A stretch of DNA of 64,000 bases from Nemertoderma westbladi. Lineage: Eukaryota; Animalia; Xenacoelomorpha. Where the stretch lies: positions 1 to 64,000 of the forward strand of contig JAUCBJ010002052.1 in the NCBI GenBank assembly GCA_032718475.1, given 5' to 3'. Of the stretch, positions 1 to 12,000 are shown piece by piece. The position numbers were made by a program, and so were the translations under genes. Every line of letters begins with the position of its first letter. The first letter of the stretch is position 1. The notes beneath the pieces are model-generated. The model had not been told where the DNA came from. It saw only the letters and a program-made list of their open reading frames with translations, and did no database searches.

Positions 1-3000
1 TCGGGGCGCTACCAACTTTGCATACAAATACCCAGCTATGTTATTCCTATTACCATACCTGATGTTTAGTGTATCCCAAACTTGTCTTAATCCGTCTGGA
101 TGTCCAATAAACTTTAACGCCATTAACTTGGGAGATCCTTCCAAGCACTCGATGAGGAATCTAAGTTTCTCTCCATTAGATAGTACAGAGTTCTGTATGT
201 TATCTTTGTAATATTCATTAAAAGGAGACCATTTCATCTCATCTCCATTGAACTTGACGATCTCTCCCACCTTCACCGCTTGCCGGGCTTCGGTTCTAGC
301 CATTTGACGCGTAAAACTTTCTTGGGCCATCGTGTTATTTAATATCGAGTTATTGGTATATAAATTTCTCGGATTATGATCAGGTCTATAGGGAATGTCA
401 TTATCAACAGGTCTATAATTACCCTTAATAGGGTTCACTATAGGAGTTTCTACTTCGCTAGCAGTATATATGCGTGTAGGCTCCACACCTTGCGCATGAG
501 ATACTTCAGACCTAACAGGTTGACACATTGTTACCAAGGGTGGTGGTATCACTTACGTCCTTCTGGGCTCCTCCCCGAGGCGCACCCATGAGGCGGACGC
601 TTTTCCACTACCCCTGGGGCCAGTCCGACTCCGTTTTTATCAGACCGGGCCGGAGGGTAGCCCGATGCTTCCTGGGTTCAATTTTCAATCCCCCGATCAC
701 ACCGGCACAGCTCGTCGTGTGTAGCCGAACGAAGTAGAAAAAATTCGCCTACTGTCAACTTACTGTGGCCTGACTGTACATTGAGCCAACTCAGAGAGTC
801 AACCGGCGGGTGGACCAGTCGATAGCGATCGAGCATCAAGGTCGCCCTTGAGCCAAACCGACGGTCTTGTCCCAAGTGGGCTTGCGCTACCCAACATGGA
901 ATATTGACCGTTTTCACCCGCCTCGCCGGCAGTATTGAGGGGAAGTCGGTTCCGCAAACAATACTGACTAGCTCGAAAGCTAGGAACAAGTAACCACTTA
1001 CCAGTCACTGTACACGTGTACACAATAGATGCTCACGAAATCAAGTACACAACAGTAAACACAAATCTGACGCATACCACGCACACACAGAAGACATAAT
1101 CGGGGAGGACAAAATCGGTAACAAAATCAGAGGGGACAAAATTGTATAGACTGATAAAGAGTCTAGAGTACTTTATTTTACCGACAGGGTAAAATAACTT
1201 TGTGTGCACAAAGTATGCTGGGGCGCAGTAAAGATATGGTCCTACTAATAACCAACGGCGACTGAACCAACCGGTAAGGGTTCCCATACCCACTCGCAGT
1301 GGCCATACATACACTCACGTATACCACGTACACACACAAACCACAGATTCCAGAGTATCATTCACTCGGACCACACTACAACACCAACCCCTCCTTGCAG
1401 CCGATATTCCGGGTGCCACCTCCATTCCAATAGTAGTACCAACAGAATCATCAGGAACCTGTCCATTCCGATGCAACACCTCCATTCCAATAGTGCTACC
1501 CTGGGAAAAGACACGTTTTGGCAACCGATTGGAGACAGTAAAGAGTCTGGTCAACTCATACATACCACACATAGACCTACCACATAGACCACATAAACCA
1601 CAGATCACACTAAGCCACCACCCCTACTGTGTACAGGACTGGCAGTACGGCAACAGGCCGACTAGACGGTACCACGGCACCATGTTAATTCATGGTTCGC
1701 GAGACACGAGGGCCTTCAGTAACTCCCCTGCACTATATACACAATTTAACGTGTCCCCAGACCCTCACGAGCCTGCCGCCGCCTGTTAAGGGCACCCCTA
1801 TAGAGACCTCACCTCCTTGGGCACCCCTTTGTGTATTTACTAATTTATCGCGTTCTAGCGCGATACTTTGCTGCACTTCTTGCAACTCTAGCCTACTTTC
1901 CCTTACTGTGCCCTTGAATTGCTGAACAGTCTCCTGCATCTGCCCGAGCAGGAGATCCATCCCCCGCCGTCTCTCGTCCACCCATTCGACCGCTGAAGCG
2001 GGAGTCGCCAACGTTGTAGCGGGCGGACGAGGGACAACGGGCGACAAATCATGAATATTTCGCTCGGGGTCCAGGACCTGAACTGTCTCCTGGGCAGTTC
2101 TACTGGGCACAGGTAGCTTAGTGCTATGCAGAGGGAATTTAGGGGTAGCTTCAGGGAGCACAGGTGTGTCTATCACCGAAGGGGTGATTTCAAGAACAGG
2201 CCTAATTATTTCAGGCTCATCTACTATAGTAGGGAGTCTTTCTATTTTAATTATTTGGTCTGTGGGCTCTGTACTACCTAAGTTGGTGTTATTTAGTTGC
2301 CTTCTAACAGCTGGAGGCAAATCAGGCAATTTCTGACGGTGGAATGTTCTTTTACGTCTGCTTAGACGAGATCTATTTCCTTTGCCTTCAGTATCGGTGG
2401 TATCGCCTTCCTCAGATGATGTATATCCCTGTCTTTTGGGAGTAGATCGATTCATCATCTGCATATTACTAGCTGTTAACTGTTTATTTATGCAGTCTTG
2501 ATTCTCCTGAATGTTTTCCAATTCTAATTGGGTGGTTTCTTCAGTCGCTCTCCGTTCTGCTTCTGCCACTGCCTCTGCCGCCTTTCTTTCAGCTTCGGCC
2601 GCTTTTGCTTCTGCCGCTGCCGCTGCCGCTGCTGCTTTTCTTTCAGCTTCGGCCGCTTTTGCCTCTACCGCTGCTTCTGCCGCTGCCGCTTTTCTTTCAG
2701 CTTCGGCCGCTTTTGCCTCTGCCGCTGCTTCTGCAGCTGCCGCTTTTCTTTCTGCTTCTGCAGCTACCACTGCTGCTTTCTTTCTGTCTTCTATACGTTT
2801 TTTCTTTACTTGTTCTTCTTGGACTCGTGTCAGGCGGAGTTGTTCATCAAATTTAGCCTGATTCGCAGCCCTCATTTCCACATCGATGGCATCCAACACA
2901 CGCTGAGTTCCTTCGCTATTAGGGCTAAGTCCATCTAACCTTCTCCTCAACTCGTCATCACCTAAAAAACGTTGATAGTCTGACAGATAGATGTCAATGG

Positions 3001-3954
3001 CATCTCTCTTATGCGGTTTCTCTGCCGTCGCTTCACTTTCCACTTGGGAAAAAGTAGCGTCTGTTGATTCTCCATGGGTTGAGCGCTCCTCCAGCTGAGC
3101 TTTCCACTGAGCTGTTCCTTGAACCTGGCGACTCACCCGTTGAAACCAAGTCTTTACGGCAACTTGCAACGACGTGTCTTGTCTTCTTTTAGAAGCCTCT
3201 TCAAAGGCTGATAATATTAGCCTGATTCGCAGAATTCTTTCTCTAACTTGATAAAGCAGTTGTCCCTGCTCTTGAGGTCCTTGAAGTTGTTGTAACAGTT
3301 GTTTTTCTACTCGCTCCATAGAGCTGAAGAATCCCTGTGCGTATCCGGCTGCGGACCTCTTCCACACAGCTGGATCGATGGTTTCCTTGGCTACTCCCAT
3401 CCGGTGTATGTCTTCCCAGGCAGCTTCTGATAAATCAATCGGAGTCCGGGTCCGGGGAAGTTCAATTGCGACTCGACCATGGACTTCAGTTCTTCCCTTG
3501 TGTATCCCGCATAACTATCTTTAGTTGAGCGTTTACTTCTCGCCCAATCGATCTGGTGTTCTTCCACAGCGATCAATAACCTAGTGAGTACGGCTGCAGG
3601 AAGGATGAGAAGGGGATCCGAATAAACCGCATCCGTCATCCTTGCTCCGCGCTCGGGTGTCAGTTCTACAGTGTCTTCACTACTGGAGCTGTCGGGCCGC
3701 TGAGAAATAATTTCTTGGCTCACGGGTTGTTGCTGTTCCGCTGCTTCTTGGTCCCGCTTGACCTGAGCTCGAGTGCCTATGATAGACCTACGATGTTGGA
3801 CCAGCCTAAGTTCTGTTATTACTACAGGAGGGATGACCTTCCTCACAGTGGGAGGTGAACTGAACTTACGACTAGACGGTTCTACGCCTCTATCTGAGTC
3901 GCAGATAGTTACATCTAATAAACTGTCTGACAGGTTCTGCTTAGTATCAGACAT
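1..3954 (-). pseudogene. BEL/Pao gag of copy A, frameshifted near 3440 and interrupted by an insertion at 550-1822
   Basis: ORFs 3391-3954 and 1733-3400 match consecutive parts of the 1648-aa ORF of B; bases 1-549 continue the match into the DUF1759-like gag region. Confidence 0.88.
550..1822 (-). mobile_element. 1273-bp non-coding insertion in gag A (solo-LTR-like or tyrosine-recombinase-type; unclassified)
   Basis: Absent from B, whose flanks join as GGT|ATA; no clear TSD; AATAAA followed by GT-rich tract on minus strand; internal 24-bp direct repeat near 1417 and 1477. Confidence 0.7.
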
Positions 3955-5299
3955 GTTTATGTGTACAGTTGAATGTCTACTGCTGTATTACAGTCTGAGC
4001 AAGTCTAGTAACTCAGTATTAACTGCTAGCCTAGTAATTAATTACCTATACTGCTACTCAGTGTAGCGTGATATATATATTATATTAGAATACCGGTATG
4101 CTTATAGTATATATAACTATATAAGTATTATTACAGACTAGGTTTATCACAGAATACCGGTATAATTTTAGCACAAATATATATAAATATATAATATGCC
4201 TATCGGGAATACCGGTATACAGCTTACAGTTTGTAGTATATATAATTCTGGACTAGAATTAATTACAAGTACCGGTATAATTTCAGCCTAAATTTATAGA
4301 AATAAAGATAATAGGCCTATCGTAAATACCGGTATATCAATTATTTTAAATAATTGAATTTCTGAATTTTAGGGTTACTTGGTTACTTTACTTACTTTAT
4401 TATCGTTATTTGAGCAGTAATCCAACTGATATTGAGACCTAATGGTTGTATGGTAGGCCTACTATTTATAAATCGTTAAATTTGATTTATAATATATATA
4501 TACCCGTTTTAATGGGTTTTGTCAATGTTTGAAATAAATGTTATTATTTCTGGGGAGTAATCACTACACAAAGCGGTGCGCTTTCAGTGAAGTGTTACTT
4601 ATAGGACACTAAAACAAATAATTCTAATTTACCTAAGTTACTTAATACTACAAATTACGTACAATTCGGGTGAGATTACAATCTCTAAATAAACACAAAA
4701 ATTTACAAAAAAACACAAAATACGAATTTTCAGGGTAATTTTACAAGAAGTCTACAAACCAGCCTAACAAAGGGTTAGAAATCTGGTTATTACAACGGAC
4801 AGGGTACTGCGGTATTTGAAAATAATACGTAGTAGTAAATACACTGCGTTGTCCAGATAGGAAAATACCACCGCCTGACGACCTATAGCCGTATCGCTAT
4901 AGGTACTACGTTATGTATCACGGAGTGTTCCTACCTAGAAGTTAATAGAGCTAATCGAACGTGCCTATCAACCACTTTACAACACAAATATAATGTCTAC
5001 ACTAATTACTTTCGGAAAGCACTGTACACTAAACCCTAAATTAGGTACGAGTACTTGTACAACATATAATCAGTAGTTAAATATACTTGAACAGTTAAAA
5101 GAACCACGGCATCTGCTGGAGTGACCGGTGCACAAAATCACCAGTCTTTACCTACGCCAAGCAGCCCGTGTAGTACCGGGGTTAATTTAACTATAGCGGT
5201 ATGTATAACAAACACAATTATTGTAGGAACAAACTTGGGGAATGAATGTTGCGAATAATCGCATAAACTCTGAATAATAAATATTACGCTACGCGTACA

Positions 5300-5850
5300 A
5301 ACCACTCAAACAAAATGCAGACCAAATACTGACAGACTACTATCAAGCCTAAATAAACTACAGGACATGCAGACTCCGAAATGGTTAGGTAGTATGCGTT
5401 CTAACCCAGTAGTACGACTTATTCTTTAGATGGGGGTTTACCTTACAGCTTTGGCTGCCCCTACTTCCTAACCGTTCTTTATCGGACAGAGGCTCTACAC
5501 ACACTGCAATCCGTTCAGACCTAATAACAGCCAGACAACTATCCAGCCTACAAATTATCTAAATAATATTATACGCTACCTGTACAGACTACACAAACAA
5601 AGTACAGACTAAACGATGGCAGACTACTCTCAAGCCTAAATAAACTACAGGACATGCAGACTCCGAAATGATTAGGTAGTATGCGTTCTAACCCAGTAGT
5701 ACGACTTATTCTTTAGTTGGGGGTTTACCTTACAGCTTTGGCTGCCCCTACTTCCTAACCGTTCTTTATCGGACAGGTGATCTACACACACTGCAATCCG
5801 TTCGGACTTAACAGCAATCAGACAACAGCCCAGCCTACAAATTGTCTGTA
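5300..5850 (-). repeat. Tandem ~290-bp duplication in the 5' UTR of copy A
   Basis: Block CAGGACATGCAGACTCCG...GCAATCCGTTC occurs twice; also duplicated in B. Confidence 0.85.
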
Positions 5851-6201
5851 CAATATGATCAGGCTTACACGCCTTCTGTTCAATACTGGCCTACAAACAA
5901 ATAAAACTGACAGAAATAAGTAAGCTCCAAAAGAAACAAGGGGTGTACAGTCCCTAATCTCTTAAACAGCCTACCGGTATGCAATAATCAAATCGAATAA
6001 TACTAATGTACTTATACTAGAAGTACCGGTTAGGACAGTTGGGCCTACAGACCTACTGAAGTACCGATTCTGGCAGTTGGACCTACGGGCCTACAGCAGT
6101 ACCGGTTCTGGCAGTTGGGCCTACTGACCTACAGATGTACCGTTCAGGTTTTCCGGTTGACCGGTACTTTCAACTTTATTGCTTACTGCAATAAAGAAGC
6201 G

Positions 6202-6212
6202 ATATCCGTTAT
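6202..6212 (-). promoter_or_regulatory. Primer-binding-site position of copy A (ATAACGGATAT), complementary to LTR 11-mer at 6752-6762
   Basis: Directly abuts the LTR CA end; no TGG; exact reverse complement inside the LTR. Confidence 0.7.
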
Positions 6213-7226
6213 TGTTCGCGCTTTCAGACCTTTGGCAGTTTAACCCGCCAAATTAGGATGTCTTTTAGATAATAAATCACTTTTAGCCTCTGACAAGTAC
6301 ACCTCTCACAACGATATGGCTTAGTTACAATTCACATATATGGCGCATTCTTTAGGAAATGCTTCGTTATCAGTCTCGCTCATACACAACGCTGCACAAT
6401 GCTGCACACTAATCTGCCGATCTTCACTGATTTTAGTCACATATAAAAGGAACACAGACCGACTCATGTAGGGTCTATCAAATAACATTAGATTCACTTC
6501 AAACCACTTTAACATAAGTCACAATCGTTATATGTAACCTTTCTCTCTTACCTTCGGTATATCAAGAATATTGGGTTTTCGGGGTTATTTATCGTTATTC
6601 CAAATATAATAATTCATCAACCATATTATGAAGAACCGACAGTAAATAGCAGTATAACAATATAAAAGTATGCACAGGTATATTAGATTAGGTATGTTGC
6701 GTTGATTGAGTATGGGCCAGTTAACCAGTATTTTGGTTGGTTTGTTTGCAGATAACGGATATATGTCCTTATAATTAAGCCTACTAGTGTTAGGCTAAAA
6801 CAGAAAAGCACAAAATATTCCCAAGCCGCTCTCTCCTGGCTCAGGACAGAATGTCAACACTGCCCATAATGCATTGCGTGATTTCTATGAAATTTATGTA
6901 CAAGAGCCATAAAAATGCTCTGATTGGCTGACTGAACTAAGAGATGCCGTAGAACAAAGAAAATCGACACGTATGAATATCAGCTGTTAACCGTCGTCAT
7001 AGTAACTACTGTTCAAGAGTAGCTATCACCTTTTGCGTCACGGAATTGCCATAGAATCATCAACTATGCCTTCCACAGTACACATACGGAGGAAATAGCT
7101 CTTAGATCCTCTAAAAAACACCGATACAGCAATAATACGGTCTCTTACACCTATTAACTCAACTACAGAGTATTTTAATGTAAAAAATAATAAAAATAAC
7201 GGGGCAATTCAGCAAAGGCTTTTACA
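6213..7226 (-). repeat. 5' LTR of copy A (1014 bp, variant of the B LTR)
   Basis: TG...CA termini same as B LTRs; internal indels relative to B. Confidence 0.92.
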
Positions 7227-7303
7227 ATAGATGAGATACGAGAGTTCAAAAGTTGCATAGTTTTGCATCTGCATGAGGATATTTTATTCTATTAAGTACA
7301 AAA

Positions 7304-7419
7304 ACCATATTCTAGAACATTTTGTTAATTTATGAATAGCTACGCAATAGTATAATTAAAGAGGTATTGCATTGTTTTCCAGCTACGTATGGAATAAACA
7401 AAATGTTCTAGAATATGGT
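7304..7419. repeat. Short hairpin / MITE-like inverted repeat
   Basis: ACCATATTCTAGAACATTTTGTT ... AACAAAATGTTCTAGAATATGGT. Confidence 0.65.
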
Positions 7420-9199
7420 ACATTAATTTTCTAAATCATAAATAATAATCTTTAATTACATTACATACAATGCTAGTATTAGATGAAATTATTACGTAAT
7501 GGTTGTATTTATTCGAATAAATCAAAAAGCCCGTCAGAGTTACTAGAGTCCACTGTTCCCAAAGATAGATGCGGCGTTACCCATTAAGATTGCTATTAAC
7601 AGGCAACTCGGCAACAGGAATCGATGGGATCTTGGCACATATCTCAGGTGTTTCCCAACCAAATTCAAATAGGGGAGGGAGGTGAAACTATCTTTGCAAT
7701 TTCATTAAGATTTGTAGAAATTTTTTTTTTTGGGGGGGGGGGGGAGGGGGTCGTTATTCACTCAATTTTTTGAAAAATGCGTTGTGTAAAAAAAGTGCAG
7801 ACCAGTGACGTAATCATCCATACATCATTTTGAAGCAGAATAATTTCTCCACCAGAAAAGTATCACATTTATTGGTGAATTGTCAAATCACTTAATTGGG
7901 AGTGATCCAAAACAGAGGTATCACTTCTAGAAAACAAGTGGGAAGAGCATACAGTACTTTCCTCCATAGCAAAGCAGCACGTAGGCTAGAGTTGGACTAA
8001 AGGCAACAGTAGGTGCAGTTTTTATTTGTCTATCTAATGGTGTATCCATGGAAACACCAAACCCAAGCGTTCTCCTTTAAATACCACTGATTCGCCCCTC
8101 CTCACGGTTCAACCCTCCCTCTGCTCTCCCCTATATTAATTATAAAATAAATCACGTTAATTAAAAAAAAATAAAAATAAAAAGAAGAATAAAATGATAT
8201 ATTAAAAAGATGAAAATGAACATGAAATACAGTGAAAAGTACATAGAAGTAAAAGTAAAGACTACTTATTTCCAGCGGGATTCCCCTACGTCTATACTCC
8301 CCAAAGTAAACCCAGAACACATTTAGCTAGTATATAAGGATACAAGGCAGAGATGGGACCTGGTTAGTCCCTTTATATTCGTGCCCACCCCCCCCCCCCC
8401 CGCATTTGTCCAGGGGGCAAAATCCGCTAGCGGATTTTGATCCATTTAGGACAACATCTGCTTTTAGATATTGTCCTTTCGCGCAGAATTTGACCCTTTA
8501 ATCAAATATAATCAAAACTTCCTGATTGATGAAATACAGAAGTCATTCAGTTTATCAAATCCAGTTGAGTGCTAAGTTCCTACAAACAAACTCCGGTTAA
8601 GTAAAATACGGTACGGTACCGCAGAAAGGACTACAGAAGCTGGATATTCTAACCGAATGGGTAATTATTTAAACATTGGCTAGTAAAGTATAACTAACGG
8701 GTCATTGTGTAAAGTGATTGTATTTGACTACTTTAAATATCGCAGAGGTAAATAAACAATTGGGAAACGGTATATGATTTCCGGCAGTATTTAGGATAAT
8801 CGTACCAACAATTTTTTCTCATAAAAGCTATTCATAAGAATAATAATATCAAATCTCTCATTAAAAGTTTTCTTCAATCGATTTACAGTGAAGCTTGAGC
8901 TGGAAACTTATAGTAATTAATTTATATTGAAATAGCATCTATCATGTTATTGATAGAAGCTATTGGTGGGATGGAAGTTTGGTAAAGGCAGGCATTTAGT
9001 ATAAGGCGGACAATAAGACACATTGTTCAATTATTTCTCAATTTATTAATCAACAATAGGAAAACATAGACGCTGGCAATAATTGCTGGTACTGCTCTTT
9101 TATTAATAAAAAATATATATATTTCCCTTAATGAATCATTTGTGTCGTTTTCACGCCCTAAGTTAAGGAGCATATCAAGTTTATAACTGTATTATGTGG

Positions 9200-10026
9200 A
9201 ACTACTACTAAATTCGGCATGCTGCATTGCAGCTGCATTATATATATATTACATAAATATTAAGAACTGAAGATGCTGTGCCGGCTTGTCGACAAAGTTG
9301 CGCCTCCACAACTCCCTATCACCCATGACATTTGCTAGATCATCCACATCTTCAAAGCCAGTGTCCTTGAAGATGCGTCTCAAGAAAGTCATGGGCTGTC
9401 CAGTCCACCATGCTTATTCACTCCATGAGGCTGCCAAAGTACAATATTATGCACTGGCTGGTCCTCACGGCGAAAGCAATGTCCTGCAAAGCGGAGGCGA
9501 TTTTGTTCTAGTGTCAAGCTTGGGGGAACCAATGAGACACCTCCAATGTTATATAGTGTCTGGTTGGAGATGTGTTCATTGTACTTGACACAATGAACCC
9601 GGCGTAGCATTCTTGTGAATATGCCATCCAGAGATTTGGTGTCCTCAGCAGTTAGCATGGACTCCCATAGAGGAGTACTGGAACTACTGCTGCTCTAAAT
9701 AATCGGACCTTAAGTATCCGATTAATTCTCGGTGACTTCCAAATCCTGGAAAGCCTATTCAAGGCTGCCCATGCCTTTCCCTTACGTATTCGAAGGTCCT
9801 CACCTGACTTCCGGATCCATGATCCCAGGTAACAGAAGTCGTCCACATGCTCAAGCATACTATCCTTTGAGCTTATGTTAATCCGATCAGACACTTGCTG
9901 AGGACTTTCAAAGTTAACTGTCAAAATTTTGGTCTTTCTGGAGTTAATAAAAAGACCAACACTAGAAGCAGCATGTTCTAATGAGCTGAGGAGCCGTTGG
10001 ACTCCCTCTAGTGATTCTGAGAGTAC
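9200..10026 (-). mobile_element. RTE-clade LINE 3' fragment, interrupted by element B (about 11 bp resume at 26257)
   Basis: RT C-terminal peptides FCYLGSWI and VLLYGSPC; (TAG)n tail; GAGAGTAC|TCCTAAGTCAT is contiguous in other copies. Confidence 0.9.
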
Positions 10027-11196
10027 TGTAAAAGCCTTTGCTGAATTGCCCCGTTATTTTTATTATCTTTTACATTAAAATACTCTGTAGTTGATTTAAT
10101 AGGTGTAAGAGACCGTATTATTGCTGTATCGGTGTTTTTTAGAGGATCTAAGAGCTATTTCCTCTGTATGTGTACTGTGAAAGGCATAGTTGATGATTCT
10201 ATGGCAATTCCGTGACGCAAAAGGTGATAGCTACTCTTGAACAGTAGTTACTATGACGACGGTTAACAGCTGATATTCATACGTGTCGATTTTCTTTGTT
10301 CTACGGCGTCTCTCAGTTCAGTCAGCCAATCAGAGCATTTTTATGGCTCTTGTACAGAAATTTCCTAGAAAACACGCAATGCGTTATGGGCAGTGTTTAC
10401 ATTCTGTCCTGAGCGAGGAGAGAGCGGCTTGGGAATATTTTGTGCTTTTCTGTTTTAGCCTAACACTAGTAGGCTTAATTATAAGGACATATATCCGTTA
10501 TCTGACTGATTGTCTCAAACCAAACTGTTATACTGCTATTTACTGTCGGTTCTTCATAATATGGTTGATGAATTATTATATTTGGAATAACGATAAATAA
10601 CCCCGAAAACCCAATATTCTTGATATACCGAAGGTAAGAGAGAAAGGTTACATATAACGATTGTGACTTATGTTAAAGTGGTTTGAAGTGAATCTAATGT
10701 TATTTGATAGACCCTACATGATTCAGTCCGTGTTCCTTTTATATGTGACTAAAATCAGTGAAGATCGGCAGATCAGTGTGCAGTATTGTGCAGCATTGTG
10801 TATGAGTGAGACTGATAACGAAGCATTTCCTAAAGAATGCGCCATATATGTGAATTGTAACTAAGCCATATCGTTGTGAGTAGTTTAAGTCATAACTCTG
10901 TTTATATAGATAGAGCGCCACGTCCTAAAGGAACTGTTAATATTCCCCGAAGGTGAATAATATTGTCAGAGATTATATAATACTGTCAGTCGAATAATAC
11001 ATTAGGCTTACATAGCAATACGATTAAGCCGTCGAACCCAATCTCCCGGGTATATCCAGCGGGTGAATGATCGCGCACCGATTGGTTTCGACTAGTGTAG
11101 TGAATCAAATACTTGTCAGAGGCTAAAAGTGATTTATTATCTAGAAGACATCCTAATTTGGCGCGTTAAACTGCCAAAGGTCTGAAAGCGCGAACA
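10027..11196 (+). repeat. 5' LTR of element B
   Basis: TGTAAAAG...CGAACA; about 9 mismatches by eye versus the 3' LTR; CCAAT box near 10326. Confidence 0.95.
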
Positions 11197-11207
11197 ATAA
11201 CGGATAT
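11197..11207 (+). promoter_or_regulatory. Non-tRNA primer-binding site candidate (ATAACGGATAT), complementary to LTR 10491-10501
   Basis: Abuts the LTR end; perfect 11-nt reverse complement ATATCCGTTAT inside the LTR; followed by TATTGC-AGTAG-GCAATA hairpin. Confidence 0.7.
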
Positions 11208-11474
11208 CGCTTCTGTATTGCAGTAGGCAATAAAGCTGAAGTACCGGCAACCGGTACCCAGTAGGCCTGACTACCTAACCACCCGGACCGGTACATACAG
11301 CAGTACAGGTACAGCAGTATTATTCGATTTTGATAATTATATACCGGTAGGCCTTAATAATTAATCAGGGACTGCAGCCCTGGTTTTTTATTGAGATTTT
11401 TACTTATTTCTGTCAAGTTTTATTTGTTTGTAGGCCAGTATTGAACAGAAGGCGTGTAAGCCTGATCAGATTGT

Positions 11475-12000
11475 ACAGACAATTTGTAGGCTGAGCTGTT
11501 GTCTGATTGTTGTTAAGTCTGAACGGATTGCAGTGTGTGTAGATCATCTGTCCGATAAAGAACGGTTAGGAAGTAGGGGCAGCCAAAGCTGTAAGGTCAA
11601 CCCCCAACTAAAGAATAAGTCGTACTACTGGGTTAGAACGCATACTACCTAACCATTTCGGAGTCTGCATGTCCTGTAGTTTATTTAGGCTTGAGAGTAG
11701 TCTGCCATCGTCTAGTCTGTACTTTGTTTGTGTGGTCTGTACAGGTAGCGTATAATATTTATTTAGATAATTTGTAGGCTGGATAGTTGTCTGGCTGTTA
11801 TTAGGTCTGAAGGATTGCAGTGTGTGTAGAGCCTCTGTCCGATAAAGAACGGTTAGGAAGTAGGGGCAGCCAAAGCTGTAAGGTAAACCCCCATCTAAAG
11901 AATAAGTCGTACTACTGGGTTAGAACGCATACTACCTAATCATTTCGGAGTCTGCATGTCCTGTAGTTTATTTAGGCTTGATAGTAGTCTGTCAGTATTT
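11475..12000 (+). repeat. Tandem ~288-bp duplication in the 5' UTR of B
   Basis: AATTTGTAGGCTG at 11481 and 11769, each followed by a near-identical block. Confidence 0.85.

Larger units (their letters stand above)
1..7226 (-). mobile_element. BEL/Pao LTR retroelement copy A (5' part: LTR, long 5' UTR, disrupted gag; runs off window start)
   Basis: Reverse complement aligns to element B over LTR, UTR and gag; TG start at 7226. Confidence 0.92.

Noticed and set aside
550-1822. Spliceosomal intron or Helitron explanation for the insertion in gag A
   Set aside because: No 3' AG in gag orientation; no TC...CTRR ends at an A^T target
2121-2938. Ala-, Cys/Arg- and Leu/Pro-rich + strand ORFs
   Set aside because: Antisense shadows of the gag repeat
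10283-10921. Small ORFs repeated at 10283/25338 and 6321/10670/25725
   Set aside because: Repeated only because they lie in LTRs; no recognisable motifs; the 105-aa ORF is not kept in copy A
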